Source: Blasia pusilla (Eukaryota). Taken from it: 64,000 bases of DNA. The notes under the pieces are model-generated. The model was not told where the DNA came from, did no database searches, and saw only the letters and a list, made by a program, of their open reading frames with translations. Where the stretch lies: the NCBI GenBank assembly GCA_050084515.1, contig CM114271.1:26722001-26786000 (forward strand). Direction: 5' to 3'. Positions 23,928 to 37,369 of this stretch are shown here, in pieces. The position numbers and the translations under genes were made by a program. Position 1 is the stretch's first letter. Every line of letters begins with the position of its first letter.

Positions 23928-24342
23928 CGACTCACTAGAGTAGAAATCCGGCTATGGTGATTCAAACTCCATTTCCAGTCATAAACCCAAGCGCGGATTT
24001 GCCCAGGGGTGCCTGTTAAACCCTAACACGATAAAGCTCTGTTCAGACACGTTCAGGCAAAGCAACGCCTTCGCGACTTTATCGGTCACTCAGTCCTGGC
24101 CAGCCTAGCTCTCGATTTGGCAGTACGCATCCGAATAGGAGGGAGGAAGGCGTCTCTGCTGCCATGACCCACAATTGAGGCACTGTGATAAGAAAAGCAA
24201 GGCTGGAAGGAGAAACGCGTACTAGTACTCCTGTGAGATACTGAGAAGCGGAAGGAAAGCGCAGGGCTCCGTCTTCCGTGTGAGAAGGGAAAGCACGCGC
24301 TCACAATCGGAAGAGAATCCCAGAGGGAGCAAGCCTGCAGCC
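23928..24342. promoter_or_regulatory. Probable bidirectional promoter between MinC-like gene and ERG28
   Basis: Divergent start codons ~415 bp apart; telo-box AAACCCTAA at ~24018. Confidence 0.55.
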
Positions 24343-27262
24343 ATGAGGGCGCTCGGAGTATGGCTGATCGTGGTTGGACTGGTGCGTCTGTCCTCTGTAT
24401 GGTTCGGATTCTTTGACATTTGGGCGCTGCGTATGGCCGTGTTCTCGAAAACGACCAGTAAGTGCTCGCCTCGCTCTCGTTGCTGTGAGAGTCAAACCTA
24501 TGAGAATGCTGCATTGGAGGACGAGAGTGAGGAGAATGGTATGAATGTGGGCTCAATCCAAGTGACTGGGAATATGGAACTCTCCCTCTCCATACATTTG
24601 GCTGACGTGCTAAGAAGTTCATTTCGCTTGCTTTAACAGCCAGCATTGACAGGCAAGATCCTCCATGATACGACGATTCTAGTGGTCGTGCCCCTTTCCT
24701 TGGGCTAAGTTTTTAGGTGGTTGAATTACTGCTCCACATTGTCAATATTGCGATTGACCCAATTGATTGTCACCCTCCGGCGACTCTAAACACCTATCCC
24801 TATGCGTACTAAGTTTATGAGCTTGAGAGTTGCTCCAACAGTCAGCATTGGCAGGCGGGATCCGCCAGGAAATGACGATTCTCGTGTTAGTGTTCCTTTT
24901 CTTGCGCTAAGCGTTTTTAGGTGTTTAAGCTGTCAAAATGGAGTTACTTCCCCACATTGTCAATCTTGTGATGACCGAATCGATTTGGTCACCCTCTTTT
25001 GACTCTCCACAGCTATCCCTGTGCGTACTGTGATTACGAGCTTCAGAGTTGCTTCCACAGTGAGCTTTGGAAGGCGTGATCCCCCCGGGAATGACGATTC
25101 TAGTGGTGCTTTTCCTTTCCTTGGGCTAAGCTATCAAAATGGAGTCGCTTCCCTACATTGTCAATATTATGATTGACCGAACTGCTTTTGTCACCCTCTT
25201 TCGACTCTCTACAGCTATCCCTATGCGCACTGTGATCACTAGCTTGAGTGTTGCATCAACAATCAGCATTTGCAGGCGGGATCTCCTTGGAAATGACGAT
25301 TGCAGTGCTAATGTTCCTTTCTTTGGGTCAAAAGCTCAGATGAAGTTCCTTCCTCACAGATCTCCTGTCATTGTGGTCGACAGAATTGATTTTGTTACAT
25401 GTGTTGGGTCGTAAAGGTTGCAACTAATCGACAGGTATCCACACGCTTACTGCTTATCTATTTCTTCCCTTGCGAGCGTACGCATAATATCAACTCGTCA
25501 ACTATCGGTTACAGCTTTTCTTATGCTGGAACAACCTTTCCTCGACATGTGAACATTCCTCTTTCTCTGACTTCGTCTATAGAGACCCTCCAGATGTACG
25601 AGTAGTAGGGGCATGGCCTATTCAGGATCTATTCATTGAGCAGTCTGGAGATTTAGCACTCTTTTTCCCAGATTTCCTCACGAGTCTATACCAAAACGAT
25701 GTTAACCAATAGTTATCATGCACATTTTATTTGCAGAACACTTGTGTATATGTGGGCGAAGATACGTGTATGTCAGATGTAAGGCAAACAAACTGTTTGT
25801 ACAACTAACCAAATCATTCAGGAGCCCTAAAGGGAGGACAACTCCACACGGTTGCTGGTATAGCTGGAATCTTTCTTCTTTTCTTCCCTGGATTTTTGTA
25901 AGAATGAATTTGACTTCTGTAGGGTTTTATTTTCATCCAGCTCTCCTCTCTGGCAGATACATGCGTCTTCCTGTGTCTGACTTCCGATCAGACAATCTTT
26001 TATTGTTCTTTTATAATTCAAGAACACATGCATAATATTTCCCTGCTAAGCGAGTCTTGAAGCGGCCAGCTATCGTCACTCAGACTGGTGATTATAATTC
26101 TAACTCCAACATACCTGCTAAAATCATGGGTACCTTATTACTGTCAATCGCGTGATGAAGAGCATCCTGGAAGAAACACCGTTTATTTCCCTTGTTCAAT
26201 GGCAAACGGGCTGGAGTTCATTCAGCTATGAAGGAGGGAATTCCCCTCTGGGGAAGCACATGGTATTGAACTCATGAAAGTGCAAGGATCTTGCTCTAGC
26301 TCAGCCACAATGGACTATCTTGTATAGTCTGGGAGAGAGGTGGGTACGAACTAAAACAGGATGCCAGCCAGACCTGCATGAAAATACGCATCACTCTGCG
26401 GATGGATGCCCACAGATGACTGGTACTCTGAGAGAGAGTATGCTGAAGTGTATGACCTTAATGAATGTTGGCTGTTCTCCCAAGTTCAAGGTTGGAATTC
26501 GGGGGTTTTTTGTAAACAAAAGGAAAATATCCATTCATGCAGTGTACCAGTTCACATGCTAAGAAAGTAGAAATTTGCTTGTTAAGGTGTTTATGGATAC
26601 AACTCCAGGGTGCGCACGGGGCTGAGGGGGGCTAATATAAGCCAGTCAGCTTCCCACAGGCTAGAAAATATTTCTTTCTGTCAAGCTCTTATTAAAAATC
26701 CCAAGTTTTTGGTCTGGGTCTTAACATTGCACCCCTCATGATATTTATTTCAGGTTTTATGTAATTTCTGGTGTGGAATAACCATGTTTGTGGGCATCTA
26801 CAGTGACAGAAATACACGGGAGGACATTTGGAACGTGGACCCTTCTCACTTGTACTCTGTGCATTATTTGTGCCAACAACCTGGAAAACAAGCCTTTATA
26901 CTTGGCCACATTGCTCTCATTTGTGTATGCCGTTGGACACTTCGCTATGGAAGTTTTCATCTACAAGACCATGGCTCTGAAAAATCTAGCCACCGTGGGG
27001 TTATTTGCAGGTGCCTGGTCAACTTCATCTTCTTTGCCTTTTGCACTCTGAATATCTTCTGAGATCATTTAGTAGCATCAGCAAGGGTGAAAAAATATTC
27101 CTTGGATGAGAGATGTTAGTCACAATTTCGAATCATTGCTGAAATGTCATTCAATGGAGGTGAGCTGATGACAGTTTCGGCTGTGACACAGGGCCATCAA
27201 TTGTCTGGATGCTCTTAGAGTGGAGAAAGTTCAACGAAGTGAAGGCTGCGAAGCAAGTTTGA
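24343..27262 (+). CDS. ERG28: Ergosterol biosynthetic protein 28 (sterol C4-demethylation scaffold), 130 aa; exons 24343-24457, 26804-27010, 27192-27262
   Basis: MRALGVWLIVVGLVRLSSVWFGFFDIWALRMAVFSKTT-M-TEIHGRTFGTWTLLTCTLC...LENKPLYLATLLSFVYAVGHF...AGPSIVWMLLEW matches plant ERG28. GT-AG introns, phases consistent. Confidence 0.95.
24642..25400 (+). repeat. ~210-bp diverged tandem repeat, ~3.5-4 units, in ERG28 intron 1
   Basis: Block GCATTGGCAGGCGGGATC...GACGATT...CCTTT.CTTGGGCTAAG recurs at ~24642, 24846, 25064 and 25266. CACATTGTCAAT...TGACC...GTCACCCTC...CTATCCCT recurs in between. Confidence 0.85.
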
Positions 27263-29065
27263 ATGTTACATTCACAGACCAGCACAATGGGATCAAAAGA
27301 TTTAGGTGTCTGTTCAAGCCAAGATTCTGAACACCAATAACAGTGCACTCTCTTCATTACAGGTAGACTGAATTGTAGAACAGAATACATACAGATTCTT
27401 AGTGCTACCATGGACTAGAGTAAGAAACTTTTCAGAAATGGAGGTAAGATCATAAGGAGTAGGAAACTCTACTCACACAGGTTCGATCAGATGCACACAT
27501 CATACCCTTTTTCCCCTCCAATGTACCTTTCACGGCAGGTTTAACATTACATCTACGAACACTGTCAAGTAGTGATTCTGGAAACAACACGAGGGGTTAT
27601 CAATCAGCTCTGATTTTGTCCACTTTTCCTGTTCTGAGAATGCAAAAGAGGTTCCAGATGGAGAGACATGCGCACTTTGAAGGGTCTTCCACTATGCCAA
27701 CTGAGAGGAAGGCTTCCCTCATGGTCTCTTCACTCTCTTTGGTCGATGTGTAGTTTGCCAGCTTAGGTATTTTGTAAGTTGATATCGGAGATGAGATTAT
27801 GAAAGTAGTTGAACTCTTCCCTGAAAGCAATCAGAGTATATGAGTGAGCTTCTCTGTTGATACCCACGAGTATACATCTTATTTTCTGCCACATGTTGTG
27901 CAGCATGGTAAGTGTGGCACCCTGGCTGAAGTCTATGGTTTCTGGGAAAGCATTGTCTGGCTCTCTGGAGTTTCTGCAACAAATCAGGAGTTGAAATGTC
28001 CCAAGCAAAAAAAAAAAAAAAGCAAAATAATCATGTTGTCTCCTAACTCCGAGTTGCACGATGGCTACAAATCTTTCACTTTTGGCGAAGGGCGGTCAAT
28101 GGATTGGAGAAGACTATAGAGTATGTGAGAGAACACATCTACCTCATAGTAAGACTCAAGCTCAAGTGCAGCAAACTAAAGCAGGGCTTAGAGGTCTCTA
28201 CCTTCCCAAATGAAGTTATGAAAGATGGGAATGTTCTACACCAAAAAAACCCTATCCCTTCAAGTAAGCCACACATCATGAGTTGGGGTTTCATGTCTCC
28301 TTGAAAGCTCTTCATGCCACGAGGGTGGAAGTAGAAGAACAACTTTACGAGAGCCATGACTTCATGAATTCAGTGAGGTATCAATGGACATTCAAGTCAT
28401 GAGAACTTGAGGCTATAATGAAGATTGCCCCGGGACCCATAAAACATTCTCAATTTCCACGCATAGGAGTTTGCAAGTGTAACTCGCAAACTATGGCCAG
28501 TTGGAAAGCACTAGTAAATACAAAAGTCATCGTATGAAGAGTTTTTTTAGTGTGTAGCCCGTGAAGGAAAGGGACTAATGATGTTACACTCAAATTCAAA
28601 TGTTTTTCTTGCTAGCCGTAGCATGTGAAACATTTTTTTGTTGTCCACTTGCCACATGTTTGTAAATCAAGAAGGCATTCTCCCATGATAATATAGATTT
28701 GGAAGCCAAGACCATCTTAAAAAGCCAAAATCATGAGGTCCAAGGTACATTTTAGGTTTTTTGTCCGAATTTTTTCAGGGAAGTGACTTTTAGTTGCGGC
28801 CTCTACAAGTTCCTGTCGTTTTTTTTTGGCCATCTAAACTATCCACGTATGTATTGATTACCCGTCACATAGGTTGCACAGGTTCAAGAGGGGGGGAATT
28901 GGTTTTTAATTCGGGGATGTAGGAACTAATATTTGTCTCTCCTAAGGGCGAGGAAGGTCAAAGTTACTTTGAGTACAAATTAAAGGGAGTTGGGTAGCTT
29001 GGCCTGAGATCTAAGGTGTAAAATTTTTCACGAGACACTTGGCAGGATTTTATGTGGCACATTAA

Positions 29066-29295
29066 GGGTGGGTCCCGTGGGCCTCTATAGACGTCACGAC
29101 GACCTCATTTCTGCGACCACTTTATGTTTTAGGAGGGCAACCCAAGAAAATATGTAGGTCTTCACCGAAACCGTTAGACTTGTAGTAAGAAGGGTCGCCA
29201 CGACGCTGACCAATGTTTGCACCCAAAAAATTGGGCGCAGAAAAAGTGGCAACCCCTGATGGTCGCCGCGACCTCCCGGCCATGGGACCCGGCTC
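29066..29295. mobile_element. Harbinger/Tourist-like MITE
   Basis: TIRs GGGTGGGTCCCGTGG / CCATGGGACCCGGCTC flanked by TAA on both sides. Confidence 0.75.
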
Positions 29296-30348
29296 TAAAA
29301 GAACAAGATATCTCCAAATCCATTTTAAGTTTTAAATTTTTTTAAATAAATTCGAAATTCTAATTTTAAAACAGTCAAACCATATCCTCTCCCTCTTCTC
29401 GACCCTAAACTTGGAAACCTCCAAACCCGAGCGTAAGTTGGCGGTCACCGCCATTTCCACGCGAGACTCGGCGACCGTTACTCCCTCCGTCGTTTTCCAT
29501 GAACTCCGTCCCTCACTTCCAATCGTACTCTCGCACACACCGCCACCGCGTCACCGCATCGGTGCTCGACCTATTTCTTGCCCTCCATCGCTCTCGTCTT
29601 CTCTTCCGATTCGTCCCCTTTCCACGACACCGAAGCGGATTGTGCGGGCGCAGTGGGAGAGGAGCACAGAAGAATGCGCGCAGTTTGAATCCGGGCACCG
29701 CACGTTGCGGGATTGGAGGTCAATAGAACAGTGGCAGGAACCGATCGGCGCAGGAGTGAGTTGCGAGCTGTACGCTAAGTCTCTCCAGCTCCCGGGACGC
29801 GCGTGGATTGGCCGTGGACACGGTGGTTTGGGAAGGGAGGAAGAGGGATCGAAATGGAGCCGTGCGAGTTCATTTCTGTGTTGCTAGGATTAGTATTGGT
29901 GTGCGAGTATGGCTGCTCGGGGATGTTGTCCGTTCCCTGTGCGCATGTCGTCCTGCGCTTGGCAGTTTGGTCATGGCAGTTTCTGAACTTCCTCGTTCTA
30001 TCGGCGGGCGGTCGTTGCGCGATTGAATTGGGGGCGTGATCAGTGAGTCAAAGAAAGACTCGCTCAGTGTGCGTGTTGGTTGAGTCGTTTGAATAAAATG
30101 CATCCAGTTTGAGTAGAGTGGATCGTGATCATCCCTGAAATCAGGAGTGGTTTCCGAGTTCGACAAGAAGCTTGTGCGGTTGGTTGCGCCATGAGAGGCA
30201 CCAATCATGGCTTGCGAACAACCTGAAGTTGAAGAAGACTGATCAGCACCGATGATAAGCAATCGCCCTCGGCAGTGTGTCCACGAGTCTTTTGTTTCAG
30301 TGGCGGAAGTCGGAGAAGCAGGGAGCTCTGCTGATTCTCACAACCCTT

Positions 30349-33300
30349 ATGGAAGGTAAAGGGGGAGGGGGAGGTGGTGGCGAGGATAGCCGTGGCCACA
30401 GGCATGGTCAGGCCGAGAGAGGCAACGGAGAGAGGACGTCTAAGACTCCTTCACATCGAGAGGTGAATCGTACTTACGAAGAAATACATTTGAGCGGGAA
30501 GGTTAGTCGAGAGAAGACTCCAACCATGGGAAGAGACGGTGATAAAACTCCTAACTTTGATCAACGAAGGGCACCCGCCTCACCGGCTGGCAAAGCTGTT
30601 AGCAGTGTGGAGAAATACATTCACAAGCGCATCCGCAGTGTGGAAAGGGGCGACAGAATCCGTAAACGGGAAAGTGGAAAGAGAAAGCATGACGCTGACG
30701 AGGATAACATATGTTCCACATCATTAGTTAACCAGTGTGGTAGTGGATCCAATAGTGTAGCCATCAGCAGACAAAGCTTGCAAACCGCATCGAGCTACTA
30801 TGGGAGCATTAAGCATGTGCCTACCAATGCTCCAACTCGAAAGTCTACCGAATTACAAAACCGCAACAAGCAGCAGCAGGGGAAAGTTTGCGATGAAAAG
30901 AGCACCGAAGACACCGTGTGTTCAATTTTTAGAGGACGATGGAATGATCACGTAGCTCCTGGAATCAAGCTTGATAATGTTTCTGCATCAACATCATCTG
31001 TTGTGCAACGATTTGTTCACGCTCAGACTAAAGCTCTGGAAGGTTTTAGTGATATCAGCAACGCAGAAGACACGGCGGAAGTATCCACGGAGTTCAAACC
31101 CAAAGTGAAAGACTTCACACAGCGAAAACCAATCGCAGCCGTCCTTGCATTTCAACGATGGCGCCACACTCAACTTAAGGTACAAAGTGCAGCACCCTAA
31201 ACTTCACTCCCCAACAATTTACGAGATCAACCAGCACACCTCATTTCATGGTGAAACGGCCCACAGGTTCTGGAAAACCTGGGTTCTTTAGGAAGCCTAA
31301 GCTCCAGGAGAAGTTGTTGATCAACTCGAATCCATCTTCTGTCATTAACAAATGTCGATATCCCCAACTCCCCAGCGTTCGTGTTACCGTCCAGTAAAGC
31401 GTATTTGAAGAGTAACTCATGGTATTTGAAGGTCTCCGCTCAAGATGTGCTGCAAAATACATTTGAACCAGGTAGTGTAGCAACAACATCGCAGATATGG
31501 CAGTCGTACCTCCAATCCATCACGGCGATGATCATCTGACCTTTTGTGTCTCCGCCATGTCCGAAGATCCAAGATCTCTGGTTTCCCAAACGTCGAGACT
31601 CTGAATTGTAAACTAGTGCAGATTCATTCGAGAGGTGTGTCAGTGACTCAAAAGTAAGTTGAGTAAGACTGAACTGAGGGTTATAAATATTGTTCAGAAA
31701 CTGTTCAGCATGGAGTTGAAGAAGGTGCTTGAGGAGTCAAAGCAAGACGAGGCCTGCTTGGTAAAACTGGAGCAAGAGCTTGGAACAAAGGACAAGCTCA
31801 TAGCCCAGCTTCGCTCTCAACTAGCATCTCATGAAAGATTAGCTTGTGAGCAGATGAGGCACAAACAAACGACAGATGACAAAGTAGGTTGCCTCCTGCC
31901 CAAAACTCGTCAGCTTAACGGGTACGACTTTAGTAACAAACAATTTAATACTCTGCAATTTCACGGTCAAGAGTTTGTCTCCGACGATCGCAAATCCAGC
32001 AGCTCAAGCTCTAAGACGCTAATCCAGCAGCTTTTGTAATTGTAATCTTAAATCGTGAAGACGGATTGCAACTCTGCAAGAGCGAGAGCAAGTAACCCTT
32101 GGAGCTGAGCAACTTTTCTCTTTCTTTAGGGTGATGAATGTCATGTTGAGCGTAAAGCTCTCTTCATCAAAAACTTCCATTTTATGATAAGTGAAGGTGA
32201 AGCAGCTCGAGAAGGAATTACTGAAGACGTTGGAGAGAGCAGCCTCCGTCGAAGGAGATCTGCATACGCGAGACTCTGAAATTCGGCGATTGAAGGACCG
32301 TTTAACATCCTTAGAGAAGGAGGGAGTGAGAATTGACTCAGAGCTACAGACCAGTTTTACAGCTTTGCAGAATGACAAGGAGAGCGCTCTTAATGAAGGC
32401 CGAGTTCTTCTCGCCCAGGTTTGACATGGCTTCCAGAATCATACGTCAGAAAATTGATAGATTCTAGTAGCAGCTTTTACTTTGGAAAAGATGTGAGTAA
32501 TAGGCTCCCTGCGAGGACCTTACTTCTGTCTTCTTCACATGCATCATTCCACTGTGGAATTAAGAGAAGTAGAAAATCCCGTATCTAAATCGTGATGCCA
32601 TCTGAAGCTATTGTCTCCGCCAGTAAAATAAAAGTCTCTCCGACTACGAACGTATCAATCGGGAGAGAATGTGTGAGCAATTCGCGTCTAAGCAGGTTTT
32701 CCAAACTCTCAACTTCTTCTGTACTCTCCAGCTTGCAAGAAGGGATGAAGAAGTGGCTGCCCAGTGTAGGGAGATTGGAAAGCTGCGTGCAACACTCGTT
32801 AAACTGACAGAGCGGCAGACAAGCCAGCAAAAGGAAATGGCGAACACAAGAGCAGATCACAAGACTCATTTGCGCCATCTCCAAGAGAAGCTGCGGCAGG
32901 CATCCGATGCTGTGCGTGCGAAAGAGGTACTACTGGTGGCGGCCTCCACTTCTGAGAACACTAAGATCTGCCCGTGGACAGTAGTGTTTCACTTCCGGTC
33001 CTTCCGAGCCCGCATCCAGATTCGATATTAGTCAAGGAAAGTCACAGTCATTCCATAATCGGTTCACTCCATCTCAACTCTGTCTCACAAGCTCCAAGAG
33101 ATACAAGCCCATCGACATAGACGTATGTAGGCTGGATGGGATTGGCTGGGAGTAGGAAGTACAAGAAGGCTTGTTATTCCACGGTCACGATGAACACACG
33201 TAAATCGAAAAGGAGGCGGTCCAGACAAGGAGAAGGAATCCAAATGAACAAAATTGAAAGGTTACGGTAAAATACCAGAAAAAACACAGGTGACTGCAGG

Positions 33301-36300
33301 AGTTTTGGCACCTGCATGGCCACAATCGGTATTGGAAAAATCACCAGTCCTAATACTGATGTCTGGAAAGGCTATCTAGAAAAGGGATGCTAGTATCAGC
33401 GTACACCATCGCCCAAACATGTTCAAGAACACATTTCGTAGCAACAGAACGATGTTGACTGACGGAATTCAGTACACCCTTGCACGGACAAGTTTAAAAA
33501 ACCTTTTCCTTGGCCGTATTGCATAGCAACGGAAACATGCCAACTCAAGGAGTTGAAAACGATAAGAACGCTCAAACTAGAATAAGATTTTTCGTGCCAA
33601 GGAAACTTGTAAATTCTGGAAATTGAGAAGTGAACGCCTGCATCATTACCACATCATTTCCTGATGACAATCAGATGGAGCTAATTTCGTACACCGAGCG
33701 ATGCAGTGGACTGGCGCAAGAGAGAGAGAACTTGCTTATCCAACTTCAGCATACTGCAGACAGGGCTGATACCGCTTCTCGACGTGCGGAGGTAAAGTCT
33801 TCCGGGTTCAGCTTGTAATATTTGCGCTCACTCTCAAAACCCAGTGTATAAATGACACCGGTAAACAAATCTGGAACAAGTCACAAGTTCGCCCATTCAG
33901 TGACACTTCGCCGTGAAAGCAAATTGTTAAGTTTCAATGTGGCTATGGCTCATACCTAGCATCACAAATCCGGGCTTCTGGCTCACACAGCATTTTATTA
34001 CATTATTCTGAGTTGGAGAATTAAAAGTTGTATTTTCTTATATTATTCTTAGTTGTGAATCCAAAGAATTTTGCGGTGGCAATGGAGATAATTGTTTTCA
34101 TAGAAAGATGAATGAGCTTCTGCATCCTGTTATCGTCATACATTGCTGCATCACCACCAGTTGGTGAGCACACAAGCTATCATTCACGAATACGCCACAC
34201 TAAAGGTGGATCAAAAAGATTTCATTTTGACGAGGTGCACAGTATCACAGTCCAGACTAGACCCAAACTAAAGAGGATAAGCAATTATTTCTTACAGAAA
34301 TTGTTTAATACGCTAACTACTGATAGTTTTGGTTACTTCCCTCATCTCGTTTGAGATTCAGCGGTCAGAAACAGAAAAGATCAAGATAGCATTAATCATA
34401 AGTCCACTTTGAAGTGACATCCCTCTTCCCTCACGCGTGACACTGCGGAAATGACTTCATGGTGGCATTTAAGGAGAGAATGCTACTTCTACTAGCCACT
34501 GGAGATCGTCAACAACCCATCTTTATGGGAAGTGAGAGAGTGAACGCATTTGATAGTTAGTTTCTAACAATGCTTAAATTAAATGGATGTGACAGGAACT
34601 ACAAGAAAGGTTGAACTGTACAGCTGAGCATAGAGCAAAGGCATCACAGGAAGTCGCTGGAGAGATGGTGGAACATTTGAAACGGTTGACAGACCACATG
34701 AAAAACCTAGAAACATCAGTGGATAAAACTACGCTGGGATTTCCCATGAGTGTTTTCCAGAAGAAGGCAGTAGCTGCCAGCCTCGCCAAGCTTTCCTCTA
34801 AGATTGCACAAGCAGAAAAAGATTGCTTGGATCTCAAACATCACACAGCAAGGTTTGAAGAGATAAGGAGGCCAGGACGGGCACAAGAGCATGAGAGCAA
34901 AAAACAGGTCAGCTTTTCCGACTCAAACAACAGAACAAAATGCAGACCATCTCACTGTGGTGATGGAGAAGACAACTATATTTCTACAATTGGTCAAGGA
35001 ACTGCTTTGAAGAAGTTGGAAAATTGGACAGTTTGGAAATGGAGATGGGCAGCCTCAGCAACCAGGGCCAAGAATTTGTCCACACAGCTTTGTCTTGTGG
35101 AGAGTCTGTCCAAGTACAGACTCTTGCAAGAGAGAGAGACAGGCAGTGGGACCACAGTTAGTGAAGAAACAAGGCTGTCATCTAAACAGCTGAAATCTTC
35201 TGAGCCTGAAGATCTGGCCCGGCCTCTCCAAAAAAAACTGGGGTCTTTCATCCTGAGGCACAACCTTGTACCCCTCATTTTGTCTGCCTGGCGAACATTC
35301 ACCAGATTGTCCAATCTTGAACGAAAGGCAATTTCTAGAAACAAATCTTTGGAAAAGATCATCTCTGCTCTCCCTTGGTGGATTCGTCGGGTCGGCGAGC
35401 GGAGAAGTATGGAGCGATATTTCTTCCACTGGCAATTGCTTGCTCTGCGAGCAAATAGATCCAAGGTGCAGCCAGCTCAGCAGCCACACCAACCACTCAA
35501 ACACAAGATTTCACCTGTAAGCCCAAAAGCTCAAGGCAACATTCAAGGACATCAAGAATCCCCAGCTCCTACAACTACAACTAAATTCCAAGATGCTCAG
35601 ATACAAACCTGTATAAGGTTTAGAGACACAGATGTTGATAAGAAGCAGAAGACATGCACTGCTTTTGGAATAAGTAATACCACACAACGACCAAGATCAG
35701 AACCCGCAACAGCTCCCGGAGGATGTCATAAATGTGACATGCATAGTGGATACTCTGCTGGTGGCCCTCACACATTGAGATTCAAAGAACCCAAGAATGG
35801 GTCAAATAAATTCACATCCAAAGCTCTGCATACTTTGCAGGTGAGCATGTCACCATACCAACACCAGTGATGTTAAAACGGCAAATTATTGCACACGATG
35901 CAGTCCATCTGTTTCAAACCTCACCAAAAGTACACTGTCATCACCTGTGGTACCTCTGTTTTTCTTACCAGAACTCACTCCAACAAGAGTTAACGGAACT
36001 ACAATACCTACTGTCAAGAGAAATGCAGAACAAGCAGCAAGTAATCTCCTTGACTCATGTAATTCTATTAGTTAACACAAGGATGAATTCCAAAAGAACA
36101 AGGTGCTCAATTCCTTGAATAATAGTTTGATATTCAGTTAAGGAGAGTACTGATATAAGGCAAACCAGACTATAAACTTACTATTCTTTTGTTGCATTCG
36201 TGATACAGATCACTGCCAAACAAGAAGATCCTGGGAGAATATTTAGTGGTGGTCCACCGGAAAACAACAAGCAGGCTTTGACATCTGTGTTTAGAGTCTG

Positions 36301-37369
36301 CAATAATTTGGCTCAGGCTTTGACTGAAGTGCATGAACGATTGTGTGGCACAGAAAATCAGTTGAGAACCAGTGCAAGGCTAAGTACAACACAAACACCT
36401 AAGTTGGGGATCAATGACAGGACAGCAAGAAGCACCACAAGGCACCCAGAAGCACAAGATGAAAGGGAAGGCGGTCAAGGATCAATGACAAGGCAGACGT
36501 TGACCACTGGTCAGATGTTGACCACTGGTCAGACATCCTTTGGTCAAAGAATCCCTCGTTATGCCTTACCAATTGGAAGGGCAACCCGATTCAACTCCTC
36601 AAACTCCCTACAGCAAAGAGAGGTCAGGCCTCTCTCATCCACATACATCACTCCTCATACCCAAGATGATCAATCCCTTCAGGGGAACATCGGTGGTAAA
36701 TATCTACCATCTCAAGAAGGAAGAGACTACAGCAATGGTCATCAGCCCCTATCCTCAGCTACTAGTCGAATTACAAAATCCATAGCCATCAGTAGTGACG
36801 GAAATATCTGCACGCCATCATCCAAGGCCACTGATTGCTCTCATACCACTGTAGTCCAAATTCTCAACCAAGACAACAATAAGATTGGAGAGGTAGCCAT
36901 ACACACTCACCCTCTCAGTGGTGGCAGGGATGTACCTGATTACACTCTGAGATCCGAATCCTGCAGTGGAAGGGATGAGAAGAGGGGTGAAAAGGGGGAC
37001 AGAAGCAAAGGTGAGAAACTAGAAACACAGCAGGAGAACAAGAAAACCGACTTGAAGCCTTCTTTCCAAGCTCACACCATTTCTACAGTGGATGAAAAGC
37101 CCAGTGTTAGGCCTACCACACCAGCTCCTCACCACCAGCCTATTGTAAAAAAAAACAACGCAGTAGATAGAGTAGACACCACACGTTTACTATCCTCATT
37201 AAAGAGGAAGAGTTGCATTGGCTCCGAGTACGCAGCACTTTTGAAATCTGAGATTCTCCGCTTAAGAGAGGGACGATTGCTTATTGAGGACAAGTTGCTG
37301 CAAGCTGGCTGTGACGTAGAGAAAGAGTGGCCTCTGATAAAGAAACCAAGCTGGAAAAGTCATTACTGA
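30349..37369 (+). CDS. Uncharacterised large coiled-coil protein, ~1341 aa; exons 30349-31179, 31698-31883, 32197-32418, 32732-32926, 33675-33791, 34596-35840, 35972-36040, 36209-37369
   Basis: All exon lengths are multiples of 3 with GT-AG boundaries. The central exons are heptad-like and E/K/L/Q-rich; the termini are low-complexity. The exon-3 acceptor is weak, and missed micro-exons are possible. Confidence 0.75.

Noticed and set aside
24642-25400. Intronic C/D snoRNA cluster
   Set aside because: ATGACGA resembles a C box, but I saw no consistently placed CTGA D box or terminal stems.
27600-28450. Coding-like fragments downstream of ERG28
   Set aside because: Short, interrupted and without any motif I can identify.
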